This document shows positions 1-13,109 of a stretch of 64,000 nt of DNA, piece by piece. Within the stretch, counting starts at the first letter, position 1, and each line of letters starts with the position of its first letter. The notes under the pieces are model-generated. The model worked only from the letters and a program-made list of their open reading frames with translations, was not told where the DNA came from and searched no databases. The position numbers and the translations under genes were made by a program. The stretch covers positions 177,506,001 through 177,570,000 of the forward strand of contig OZ024741.1 of the NCBI GenBank assembly GCA_964016885.1, read 5' to 3'. The stretch comes from Eledone cirrhosa. Lineage: Eukaryota.

Positions 1-62
1 GCCCAGGATTATCTGTTACAAACACACTCAGGGCGAAACAGATTAGGGATAATCTGTCCGAG
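1..62 (+). ncRNA. 3' part of a hammerhead ribozyme (CUGANGA core would lie just outside the window)
   Basis: GCCC(1-4)/GGGC(31-34) stem II, then GAAA(35-38), stem III CAGATTA-GGGA-TAATCTG, and a GTC cleavage triplet ending at 58. Confidence 0.5.
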
Positions 63-300
63 AGATATAATGGTTATTGAGGCGGTTTGTATTATAATAA
101 TATATTTTTATTTTTATTTTATCATTCTGTCTGCTTCTTGGTTAAATATTTCAAACATATGTGGTTTTTCAACTCTTGTAATTTTAGACGCACGGTTTAC
201 TGTGTTTCTTACTATATATTATTAATCGGCTCAGTATTTATTTATACTTTATACTTAGAGCTTAATAGTTACAGGGTTCCAATTGAGTTTTAACTCTAAT

Positions 301-1262
<962 letters not shown>

Positions 1263-1515
1263 AAGCATTTTGAAGACCGTAAGCTATTGTTTTAAAGTAG
1301 TGACAAATTCACTCACTTTGATCTCAGCAAACGGTCTTCAAAATGCTTTTAATTAAGCATAAAGTGTATTGCAAAATACATTATATATACATCCATATAT
1401 ATATTGCTATTTCAGAGCTCCAATTCTAATTTTTAATTTCTGCCTGACCAACAACCGCTCTGTATAATCAGTTCCTGATTATTTACTAGAATTCTATAAG
1501 AATATAACATCAAGT

Positions 1516-1610
1516 GATCTCGGTAGACAGGAGAGAGTAGTTAGCCTTGATAAGCTTGAACAAAAGCGAAACAAGGCCTTGTCGGCTTATCTCCCCTGTT
1601 TGCTGAGATC
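1516..1610 (+). ncRNA. Type I hammerhead ribozyme, U3-A8 variant, GUC site at 1583
   Basis: AGCC-[TTGATAA]-GCTT gaacaa AAGC-GAA-ACAAGGCCTTGT-C-GGCT. Distal stem I GATCTCGGTAGACAGG pairs with CCTGTTTGCTGAGATC using G-U pairs. Confidence 0.8.
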
Positions 1611-1833
1611 AAAGTGAGTGAATTTGTCACTACATTAAAACAATAGCTTACGGTCTTCAAAATGCTTTTAATTAAGCATACAGTGTATTGCAAAATACAT
1701 TATACATACATCCATATATATATTGCTATTTCAGGGCTCCAATTCTAATTTTTAATTTCTGCCTGACCAACAACCGCTCTGTATAATCAGTTCCTGATTA
1801 TTTACTAGAATTCTATAAGAATATAACATCAGT

Positions 1834-1928
1834 GATCTCGGTAGACAGGAGGGAGTAGTTAGCCTTGATAAGCTTGAACAAAAGCGAAACAAGGCCTTGT
1901 CGGCTTATCTCCCCTGTTTGCTGAGATC
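1834..1928 (+). ncRNA. Type I hammerhead ribozyme, second copy, GUC site at 1901
   Basis: Core identical to the 1516-1610 copy, 318 nt downstream. Confidence 0.8.
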
Positions 1929-2066
1929 AAAGTGAGTGAATTTGTCACTACTTTAAAACAATAGCTTACGGTCTTCAAAATGCTTTTAATTAAGCATAAA
2001 GTGTATTGCAAAATACATTATATATACGTCCATATACATACATACATACATACATACATACATACA

Positions 2067-2776
2067 TGGTGGCTGCCAACTCGTTTTCGAGTACGGCCAC
2101 TACTTTATATCCATGTAGGAGAACCCCTACCGATGCGCTGAACGAGTGTGACTTTTTAGTCTAGCCAGCGACTTGAAAACTCTGGTACAAACACTACACC
2201 TGTGACAATTATTGACACATAGTGCTGGGCCCATGGTACCATGTGACGACAAGTGCAGAGAGATCACCAGATATAAAGTAATGCCTGTGCCGTGAAGCTT
2301 TTATAGTGATACATACATACATACATACATACATACATACATACATACATACATACATACATACATACATGGTGGCTGCCAACTCGTTTTCGAGTACGGC
2401 CACTACTTTATATCCATGTAGGAGAATCCCTACCGATGCGCTGAACGAGTGTTACTTTTTAGTCCAGCCAGTGACTTGAAAACTCTGGTACAAACATTAC
2501 ACCTGTAACAATTATTAACACATAGTGCTGGGCCCATGGTACCATGTGACGACAAGTGCAGAGAGATCTCCAGATATAAAGCAATGCCTGTGCCGTGAAG
2601 CTTTTATAGTGAGCAAAGGCACTGCACAAAGCCAGTCCCACTCTCTTAACCAAAATGATATTTACCAAAAAGAAGAACAAGTCAACATCATTGGATACCA
2701 TCAGGGTTGCAGGTGTTATATCAGAGTTTTCCTTCTCCTAGAATTCTGCCTTAACAAAGGCTAAGGGGTCATCTCT
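2067..2776 (-). mobile_element. Two copies (2067-2309, 2369-2776) of a non-coding retroposed element in (CATA)n, probably minus strand with an (ATGT)n tail
   Basis: The copies share the left end exactly and differ in right extent, as expected for 5' truncation on the minus strand. A terminal stem-loop GTGGC..ACTCG-AAAA-CGAGT..GCCAC sits next to the tetranucleotide tract. Confidence 0.55.
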
Positions 2777-2829
2777 CATACATACATACATACATACATA
2801 CATACATACATACATCAATCAATCAATCA

Positions 2830-3754
2830 TTAGAATAGCGACTGATCTGGAGGAGAGATATGGAATAAAGCCTGATATAAATCTCTCACCCAGAGAAATC
2901 GGAAGATCCTATTCAATGTTCAAACAAGATAAGAAAATTGACCAATTTACAGAAAAAGTTGTGCATGGATACTTGAGGCGTAAAACACAGACCATAGAGG
3001 GGAAAAACCACTCAAAAAACCTGGCATGGAGTTCCGACAAGTTTATGACATCACACCTTCACGGATATCTCTATGCAATACAGGAACAAGAACTCCCTAC
3101 CAAATATCTGCTGCACAAAAGAGGAGGGCCAGCAGCTGACAATAAATGTAGGCTATGTAAAACAAAGATCGAGGATGTAAGCCACATTGTTGCCAGCTGC
3201 GAAAGGATGTCATCTTGCTACTACCTCCCCATGAGACACGATGGGATAGCTAGAACCATCTGGAACGCACTTCGGAAAACTAAATTAACAACAAACGAGG
3301 TAGAATATATTGCGACAGATGGCACTAAGGAATACTGGTGGAACCTGAAAATAAAAACTGCCACCAAATTAAAGCACAACCGGCCTGATATTGTAGTTTG
3401 GGACCACACATTGAAAACGTGTTCTGTTGTTGAGATCAGCTGCCCACTTGATGTAAACGTTGTCAGAAAAATACAGGAGAAGGAGGACATCTACGGACCA
3501 TTGATGAGGAGTTTACAAATCCCGTATCCAAGATACACCTTTAGCTTCATACCCATCATTATTGGTGCTGCGGGTTATATACCAACCCGCTTGGACCAAA
3601 GTATGACTGAACTTGGATTTGCGGACAAAAAGCGCAGCTCCCTAATTCATAGTCTGCAAATGGCTGCGATAGCTGGCATCTTTTCTTTTACAACCTTGCC
3701 ACCAGGAAGGTGGCCGGTCAAAAAAAATATACTCGAAATTAAGAGAAAGAGAAA
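2830..3754 (+). mobile_element. 3' fragment of an R4/Dong-like non-LTR retrotransposon (CCHC finger plus restriction-like endonuclease) in (CATA)n
   Basis: ORF 2916-3899 has AIQEQ, CRLC..EDVSHIVASC, RHD, HNRPDIVVWD, VEISCP and FIPIIIGA motifs. Flanked by (CATA)n/(CAAT)n at 2777-2829 and (CATA)n at 3756-3828. Confidence 0.85.
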
Positions 3755-4551
3755 ACATACATACATACATACATACATACATACATACATACATACATAC
3801 ATACATACATACATACATACATACATACGTAGAAACACACATACATACATGCACACATATATATATTCATTGAAATATGTTACCAATATCTCTTGTTGAA
3901 GACAATGCATAGTGTAAACAAATATCTATCGAATTCTGTGCGTCCGAAATGATGAGGTAATTATTTATAAAATGATCGATTTTGTTAAATTCCATGAGGA
4001 TCAAAGAAATGTAAATCAAATGTTGATGTAAACAAGTGTTGGGCAACATATTTTAATGAATACTTTACTCCATGTATAATCTAACACATTTGGAATTCAT
4101 ATAAATGTTGCTTTTTGTAAATATTATATGTAGTCATGTGTATAGTATATTTTAATAAATGATCGTAGTTTGAGCTGATATAACCTTTTCACTTATACCT
4201 TTCCAGTTTGTATATTTGAAAACGAATTCCTTTTATGTATATACATATGTATAAAAGGAATACAGAAAAAAGGAATGGAATAACAACACCCAGACAAACA
4301 ATAATGACTTAAGAGAAATATAAATAAATAGAAAAATAAATATATACACAAGCACAATAACAACAAACACATATAAACACACACTAGTAAACTAAGATAG
4401 AATACGAAAACACAGTCACCCAAACGCGAACACACACACACCAAACACTATACCCACACGCAAACGCATGCGCAGAGAAAAAGACAAAAATAAATAAATA
4501 AACAGATAAAATAAAAATGACGTAGACATACAATACAACAGGAGGAACATA

Positions 4552-4604
4552 ATAGTACCACTGATGATGTTGCAGTTGTGCAACGAAAGACTTTGTTAGA
4601 CTAT
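4552..4604 (+). ncRNA. Degenerate hammerhead-like motif
   Basis: CTGATGA-T-GTTGCA gttg TGCAAC-GAAA. Stems I and III are imperfect. Confidence 0.4.
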
Positions 4605-4775
4605 ATATGTGTTTGCATCTGTATTTTTGACCGTTGGTCAGTCAATGATAAACATTAAGGACCAAATTAATTAACTGTGGACATATTTAAGATGCAGAAA
4701 CGAAAACCAACTAAACAGTAAGTGTGTTCTGTTATTATTTCTGGCAATATATTGCAACAATATGACCCTTCCCAA

Positions 4776-4852
<77 letters not shown>

Positions 4853-4971
4853 AAACTAAATTAACGGTTGTTATGCCTGAGAGACATGCGCCATATTCAC
4901 TGTAGAATAAGCTCAAAGATTCCAATGAATAGACCCGAGCATTTTATATCAACTAGAAATAGATTGACATA

Positions 4972-5433
4972 TATATATATATAAAATAAATACATGGAAC
5001 AATCACAAGGAATAATTTTTTAAAATGTAAGCGCACATAGCTATTAGCTATTAGCTATTACGTAACTAATTAAAGTTTAAATAGAACTTCAAATATAGCT
5101 ACCATTTAAAATGATTAATCTCCTTTGTATATATTTCTTTAAGTAAAAAATATATTTCACCAATTAATGAGTAATTTACAGTAGCCAAATCCTGGATGGT
5201 CACCAAAGGAGAAGAAAATAACTATCTGCGTTTACAAAGCAAATGCCAGTCTGAGAATGACTCGAACCACGTGTTGCATTTTTAAAAAATACACACATCG
5301 CACAGCCATCATTTTAAAAGGTATTTATATTTGAAACTCTAGTTAAACTTTCATTAGTTACCTACCTAGCTATGTGTGCTTACATTCTTTTCAAATTATT
5401 CCCTGGGATTGTTCCATGTATTCATTTTATATA

Positions 5434-5437
<4 letters not shown>
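4972..5437. repeat. Diverged inverted repeat (~4972-5115 vs ~5308-5437)
   Basis: TACATGGAACAATC..GTAAGCGCACATAGCTA vs TAGCTATGTGTGCTTAC..GATTGTTCCATGTA. The spacer holds a decayed hammerhead-like stretch AAATGC..GAG aatga CTC GAAC CACGTG TT GCATTT (5241-5282). Confidence 0.6.
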
Positions 5438-5518
<81 letters not shown>

Positions 5519-5624
5519 ATAGGTATGTTTATATATGTGTATGTACGTATACATACTTATATTTAAGTAACAGCCGTTCTAAGAGTGAGAAATGAAATTT
5601 CGTTTCATTTTTTCCGCTTATATA

Positions 5625-5655
<31 letters not shown>

Positions 5656-6646
5656 GTGTGTGTGTGTGTGTGTATGTGTGTGTATGTGTGTATGTTAGGT
5701 ATAAATCGAAGTTGTAGCTGCCATACATGCCACTCATTTGAAATGTTATAAATCGTGAAGAATTGAAAGCCAACCATATATTCAAGTTCTAAATACATAT
5801 ATTATGATATTTTTTCCCTGCATTCCCTTTTAGCTTAAATATGCAATTATTTAAAATAGTCAGATTTTGTTTTGTTGACATTGCACAGGGGAGAGATTGT
5901 GTTGGGAAATTTTATTATAATTGACATTAAAAAAAATAATATATAAATTATATATGAACAGAAAACGAACGGCAACAACAGGAAGATAGCAATCGATATA
6001 TTCTGTTAAAGCAGATGCTAGAGATTAATTTTACTGATTTTAGACTCAACATGAAGGACTGATACCGCAGATTATAAATATATGGAATAAAATAAAAATT
6101 AAAATATGCTACAAAACAAAATAACGCAGCGCATTTAAAATGGCTGATAAATGAATTGGAAATTTTAAAATACCTTCTTTGTATTCCGTTTTATATTAGT
6201 TTACATTGTATTATTCCGTGTCCAATATAATTGCCAGCATTTATAGTTGTATATTCCGCATTGCAATAATATGTTTAGTTGAGAATGTTTAAAGTGAAAC
6301 TAAACAACTGAATGAAACGGGAAAAAAGAAAACAAGACCACAACAAAAAGTAGAATAAAATAAATTTCGAATGAAAATATAAACAAATATTTCTGCTTAA
6401 AAACTGTTTGAAGAAAACAGCAAGTACTAGTAATGCAATGTGATTAATAGAATATTTACCGAAATAAAAATACATATATTATTAATTTTTTCATTTTGTC
6501 TTTATTTGAAATTATCCTAATGCTTATTCTGCCAAAGATTTATAGGGTTACAGACATAAATATGAATATAAATTTGTGTACCACTGTTTTGGTCCGGGAA
6601 TATATGTAAAAGAAATCAACAACAACAACAGCATACAAACACACAG

Positions 6647-6740
<94 letters not shown>

Positions 6741-8335
6741 GTGTGCGGTTTTAGACGAGTGTGTATACATTGTTATCTGATTTGAATGGGAAGGACGAAA
6801 GTATGGTAATCGATGTTTATATAAATTAAGTAGTTGTATATAGTGTGCAGAAGTTGGCGGTATTATATAATCGCACCATTTCAATGATGGATATGAGGGT
6901 ATGGCAAACAAATTACTTGAGAAAAACACAAAGTGTGGATATTCAATATGTACCTAAACCCATTTTCTTTCATTTACATGTCTTAATTATTTGTTGAAAC
7001 CATGGGCATTATAAGAGTTAATTGTCTCACTGTTTTAATTAGTATGGCGTATCAAGTTAAATGATGTTATTACTTAAAGAAAAAAGATTAAAAGTAAGGG
7101 CAGTAGATGCAGATGATGTTAGCTAATGCGTCAGACAGAATGACTTGCAGTATTTGCACACATCATTTTAAATACTAAGTTAAAATGTCGTCTGCGTCAT
7201 CTATTTCATTAGCCAGATGTCAATATAATACTGAGATCGATGTGATATATAATTACATCTCATTCTCGAGTGTGAGTCTCATAACGGTACGGAATTTCTT
7301 AAATTAATATGACATGAAGCACGACTTGGTGTACATAAGTCTCCTTAGATGACACACATGCGAAGATTAGATGAAATACTACTCTAAATGAGTCAGCGTC
7401 CTGCATTTTCCATGAATCGAACACACTAACAAATAAGTGTGAGCTCAGAAGCGTAACCGCTTGTTACTACTTCAAACATGTCCGAAATTGTGCTGGGGTA
7501 CTAATCATGTATTGAGTATATTGGAGATATAAATTAATACTTCTTTGTTTAAATGTATTGGTGGTTTAAATGTTATAAACCCTTAAGTTAAAAAATGTCA
7601 TATCTCATGTAGGAAATCGTTATGTTTACATAGTTGGGTAAACAGGTCAATGTAGGTATCAGACTTTGAATTATATATGATCAACGATAGCCCTCCCATG
7701 TATAGAGGTTCTATACCTATATCAGAAATCAGTGACTTAAACATATATAGTATGATATTGGAAGGATCATACATTTTCATCATTTAATTTCCGTGCTTTA
7801 ATCACACCTGGAACGAACTTAAAAGAAACTGAAACAGATACATTCAAGATATGGTATTGTTCAATTGACTATCTGCATGAAACAAAATTGATCTGTTTGT
7901 CCAAGAAAAATAAAGTATATTAACAATTTTTCTTAACCAAATACAAAGTCAGCTATGGCACTACGCTACACAGCTATTTAACCTAAAGTGTTTATATTAA
8001 TCTGAAAACTTTCTATCAGGATTTTTTGGCGAGAAACTATTTGTTATGCCAGCTTTGTAATAAAAAGTTACTTCAATAAATCATTCAAATTTTTATTGTA
8101 TATTAATCATCGACAGTGTATTTTGTTTGAAATATGGTAAGCAGATGGTCAAAACGGAAGACGATGCAATGCCTGAATGCAGAATAAATATATAGAGGGG
8201 TAAATATTTTTCCCTGATTTTCGATCTTAACAAAAAAATGTTGCTTATTTGAAGTTAATAATATATGTAGTAGTAATATACTGGTTTTAGTATCACCAAC
8301 ATATTCATTCACATAAACAGCAGGCAGATGATGGG

Positions 8336-8425
<90 letters not shown>

Positions 8426-8534
8426 ATGTGTGTGTGTGTGTGTGTGTTGCTGTGTGTATGTGTATGTGTGTATGTGTGTATGTGCGTGTGTGCGAGTGTG
8501 CGTGTATGTGTATGTGCGTGTGTGCGTATATGTG

Positions 8535-9413
8535 TACGAGGTGTGTCAGAAAAGTTCCAGGACTAATGTCACAAAAGATGTATTTCAAACCCAAACTTCA
8601 CACTAAGAGTGTTCTCCTTCCGACTAATTCCCCTGGAGTCTAATGCACTTTTCCATCCTTTTCTGCCACGCTCGCATGCACTCCTGGAAGGATTCTTCCG
8701 GGATCCTCCGCAGTTCCGTCGTCACCGCCTTTTTGATGTCGTCCACGTCTTCAAAATGGGTCCTCTCCGGCTCGTACTCGAAGATCCATGACTCATCACC
8801 GGTGATGACTGTCCCTAGCAAGTCTGGTTCGGTTTCAAGACCCTCGAGAATGTCCTGGTACACTTGCATGCGTCGACCCTTCTGGTCATCGTTCAGCAAT
8901 TTTGGCACCATCTTCGCGCAGACTTTCCGCATGTCGAAATCTTCAGTGAGTATCTTCCAGACGCTGTCCCGATTCATGCCCAGCTCATTTGCGATCAGTC
9001 GAACAGTCAGCCGAAGATCGCTACGCAACATCTGCCTGACGCGCTCCACGTTGACCTCAGTCCTGGTTGTTGAGGGCCTTCCGCTCCTAGGGTCATCTTG
9101 CACCACTCAAAAACACGTGAGCGTGACATCGTCTCGTCTCCATACACTTGCTGCAGCAATCCCAGTGCTTCTGACGGTGTTTTCCCCAACCGTACTTCAA
9201 GTTTGTTCGTTGCTCTGTTATCATTGCTTGACGACCTGAAACAGAGGATATGTATATAAAATTATGAAGAAAAAATGTGATTGCTACAGTGAGCTTAGAT
9301 TGCAGTTACATATTCCAGGGGGATTACTTTCAAAGAGAAAACACTTAGTGTGAAGTTTGGGTTTGAAATAAATCTTTTGTGACATCAGTCCTGGAACTTT
9401 TCTGACATATGTA
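8535..9413 (-). mobile_element. Mariner DNA transposon, internally deleted and non-autonomous
   Basis: TA followed by ~80 bp TIRs (8537-8620 and 9333-9409). Minus-strand transposase pieces GKTPSEALGLLQQVYGDETMSRSRVFEW, PRSGRPST, VCAKMVPKLL and VITGDESWIFEYEPE join directly to THFEDVDDIKKAV, so the second catalytic D and YSPDLAP are lost. Confidence 0.9.
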
Positions 9414-9459
9414 TGTATATATATATAAAAGAAAATGTACGCTCTGTATTGCTGAATAC

Positions 9460-9947
9460 AATAAATGTAATCTGAGTTTTTTGAATATTAATAATAACAT
9501 TCGATTCGTTTGCAATTATACAAACAAGCCTCAATAAAATTGAGCGACATTTTTTTTTAACTTGAATTTGGCAAAGCCGGCCATTTATCGCTCGTATAGA
9601 GGCAACTGATTGGCTAGTCTGCTGATATGCAAATCTGGCTGATCAATGGATTTGCTAATATGCAGATCTGACTGATCAGCCAGTCTGCTAATATGTAAAT
9701 CAGGCCGATCAGTCACTGTGTATTTTTGAAAATAGTATATATATTCACTAGCTCTGACAGTTTGGCAGGTGAACAGTGAGCTGTACTGATGAAGGGTGAT
9801 ACCTAGAAACAGTAGTGGCTGCCAACACAAGAGCAAGAATGAAGGGTTCATTCTACTGACATGCCTATAAAATTGAGGATTGTTTGCATAATTGCAAACG
9901 AATCGAATGTTATTATTAATATTCGAAAAACTCAGATTACATTTATA
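9460..9947. repeat. Inverted repeat (~9460-9535 vs ~9871-9945) enclosing a ~33-bp tandem repeat (9606-9715) and a hammerhead-like core (9786-9810)
   Basis: Arms are reverse complements. Tandem unit is approximately CTGATCAGCCAGTCTGCTAATATGCAAATCTGG x3. Core reads CTGATGA AGGGT GAT ACCTA GAAA. A related copy lies at ~17045-17215. Confidence 0.6.
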
Positions 9948-9999
9948 TATATATGTATATATATATATAAATATATATGTGTGTGTGTGTGAGAGTGTG

Positions 10000-10125
10000 T
10001 GTAAAAAGTAAACAAACAGGCAACAAAGCGAGTACCTCATCAGATGGAAGAAATACATTAGTTTAACAGTTGATATAATAGGAAAAGAGTCCTAACCTTT
10101 CGGAAACTAGTCCTTCATCAGAAGG
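10000..10125 (-). repeat. Copy of the hammerhead-like repeat family at 411-530
   Basis: Reverse complement reads CTTCTGATGAAGGACTAGTTTCCGAAAGGTTAGGACTC, and the downstream sequence also matches. Confidence 0.55.
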
Positions 10126-11499
10126 TAGAATAAAGAAAAAAGGCTGAAATAGCGAGAGAGAGAGAGAGAGAGAGAGATAAAGAAGGAACGGAAAAAAATT
10201 GGAAAGAATACACATGCTTATTTAGTCACCCATATATATATATACTTGTGGCTGCATTTATGTGTGTGCATGGTATTTCTGAGCCATACACATGGTTTTC
10301 ATCTAATAAGAGAACGAAATTTGAAATGAAATGGTTAAAGGTCGACAGAAAATTTTATGAAATATCAAGTCTGGCATTTTACAATTTCTGCCAATTCTCT
10401 GTTTGGAGAGAAAGAGAAAATTGTGTTTAGTTACAGATCTGCCTTGTAAAGAAATTTTAGAAAGATATATATAAATATCATCTTATTGAAATGTTGATTT
10501 CATTGGTGAGTAAGGCGGTGGCGACAAAATTATTATTTCAAAACTATACAGCAAATCAATAAATGATGTTTGAATGAGCAGGACAATAACTACAAAAATC
10601 AAGAAGAATAAGCAAATTGAGATGTAGAAAATTTACTATAAAAAGCAGTGGGACAGGAGTCATAACCGCAGTGAAATGAGAGATGGAGTAACGAAAATTG
10701 GCGACTTGGCTACATAACCAATCATCATAATGTACGTAAAAATTATGAAATGGAAACCATTACAATCATTCAATCAAAGTATATTATGAATTGTACAAAT
10801 AGTTTCCAATGACCAAGAAATTAATAAGTTATTTTCTCTTTTCCTAAAACTAGGAGAGGCAGTGTCGCTTAATAACAATGCAAGTGACGGGGAAGTTGTT
10901 TGAGATATATATAAACTAAAAATATAATCTTCTTGGATTTAGACGAAATATAGGATGGCCTGTTAACTCTAGAAAAAATAGTTTCTGATTTTCATTGTTT
11001 CGAGTATAATTTCAGAGGTTATTACGGGAAAAGGCGACAAGGCTAACAACATCGTATCTATAATAATATTATATGACTTGTTTTATACGCTCCCTAGCAC
11101 ACATAAATGCCGATCAAGAATAAATAATAGCTTGCTGTTTGCTGCTGGCGAGGAAAATTTACTGTTGATATCAATTGATTTTAAATTTTTTGTATGGATT
11201 GAATCTAGTATATTTGGTTGTTGAAATATTTCAGTTTGCAATTATATTATATTATCGTTTTCGACATAATACTGTTATATCAGTAAATTAGTATGTCGTA
11301 CAATTCACGTTTGCAGTATATTTCGATCCTGGTAAAGAAGTAAATGACATTTCAGAATTAATATATTTTATGCAACTAAACGAACAATTCTGAAATCTCC
11401 AAACACATTTTTGAAGTTATCTCGGGTAGATAACTTCAGATCCTCTAAACTCGTTTGAGTTCATTTATTTTAATTCAGAAACTTGTATGCTATTTCGTT

Positions 11500-11898
11500 A
11501 AATGATTATGATAATTGTTGCGTACCTGGGTCCATGGCGATGACAGGATAATGCCTTTATCATGTAACATCCAATTATGTTTCGTTTAATAACATCCGTT
11601 TCACCTTCAATTTCTCATCTGCTGTTCTGCATCTGATACTTACCGTGCACCCTGACTTAATAATAGAAATTCAGTATAACCAGCTCAGGTATTTCACGTG
11701 CAGAGAAGGCTTCATAATAATTATTTTAGTGGACTACATAGACATACATAACAAATGGAATTTACGTTTGACTGTAACCATTTGAGAAATCATATATACT
11801 GTTGGCAACTCTTCTTCTTCTTCTTCTTCTTCTTCTTCTTCTTCTTCTTCTTCTTCTTCTCCTCCTCCTGCTCCTCTTCCTACTACTACTACTACTAT

Positions 11899-11958
<60 letters not shown>

Positions 11959-12190
11959 AGCTATTTATTCCTGGAAGGTCTGGGGACAAAGTCCACAAAC
12001 TTTTGTCTCCAGCTGACTTGGCTACACCCCAGCCCAATTGAGATAAGCGAGTTAATGGAAGTTATCCAACCCTCTTGCTCAGGATCTGTTCCTGGTCTCT
12101 TGCCGGTTATACTCTTGTCCGTAAAATCTCTCCAATCATTCTTTCCTTAGACATTCTGACGTCATGTTTGTGGTACCGGGGCTGTCATCT
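11500..12190 (-). mobile_element. Highly decayed RTE-like remnants around a (CTT)n(CCT)n(CTA)n microsatellite (11808-11957)
   Basis: Minus-strand VKYLS..GC.VSIRCR and GKRPG..GW-like fragments. A (GAA)n tail on the minus strand is typical of RTE. Confidence 0.35.
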
Positions 12191-12945
12191 CTCATTTATA
12201 TTTCATTTATTTACATATGCTTTTGCAATACCATGAATATAATGTTATTGGTTTTATGTCTCAAACTATTTCACCAAGCCACACTGATAAACTAGAGGAG
12301 ATGTTTTTGAAACCTGACAATTTGAACACTCTTTAGATTAAAGTGATATACTGATGCTAATATATTTTTTCTACTAACAAACACATTTCTCAATTGCTGT
12401 TCATCTATAGCTTTCCCTCTCTTTCAACAAGGTTATAACCATCATAAGACTTAGAAAAGTAAGAATGAAACCTGTATTAATAAATGCAATTACAACTGTG
12501 ATTCTAAGAAATGTTTAATATATAAAATAGAAAAAAAATATATCGTAATGATGAAAACTGAATATTATGCTTCAGTGAGAGCCACCATGCGTTTGACACT
12601 TATAACACAGATGCTATGTCATGAATAACCAAATTTATTTGTTATATAAAGACATACATTTCTGATTGTACTACAACAAATACAGGTAAATGATTTAAAA
12701 TGTAAGTCATATTAGATATGCAATCATACACTGGGTTGCCTGAAAAAACGGAATCTTTGAGAGTTCTTATCCGATTTTAAGTGGAATGAGCCTGATCACA
12801 ATACATCTATAGCGTGGGATTCCACAGAGTGGATTGGTCAGTCAATATGTCATGAAACGTACCTTCACACAACTAATGTTTTGCTAGGATAACTATTCTT
12901 CAGTTACAGTTTAAATGAATATATTTATTCACGCCAACTACTGCG

Positions 12946-12995
12946 TTGGAGCTTTGGTTTCAAATCAACCTGCATTGTATTACACGTTATATAGA

Positions 12996-13059
<64 letters not shown>

Positions 13060-13107
13060 TATATAACGTGTAATACAATGCAGGTTGATTTAAAACTAAA
13101 ACTCCAA
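12946..13107. repeat. Palindrome with ~55 bp arms around (TA)n
   Basis: AAATCAACCTGCATTGTATTACACGTTATATAGATGT vs ACATCTATATAACGTGTAATACAATGCAGGTTGATTT. Confidence 0.85.
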
Positions 13108-13109
13108 TA

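Noticed and set aside
2067-2102. HDV-like ribozyme at the end of the CATA-associated element
   Set aside because: Only a simple hairpin is visible; I could not build the nested double pseudoknot.
4671-6785. ORFs rich in [12 protein letters not shown] (also at 8103-8643, 17178-17536, 59774-60778 and elsewhere)
   Set aside because: Translations of (TA)n/(TG)n microsatellites, which lack stop codons.
5800-8100. Host protein-coding exons in the unique AT-rich stretches (also 10250-11500 and 17550-20050)
   Set aside because: Only short ORFs with no recognisable domains; small exons cannot be excluded without RNA data.
9606-9715. 33-bp repeats (and 18-bp repeats at 54543-54590) as a CRISPR array
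   Set aside because: Contiguous tandem units without unique spacers, no cas genes, eukaryotic context.
11755-12150. Poly-Phe/Tyr and poly-Leu ORFs
   Set aside because: Translations of (CTT)n(CTA)n trinucleotide repeats.
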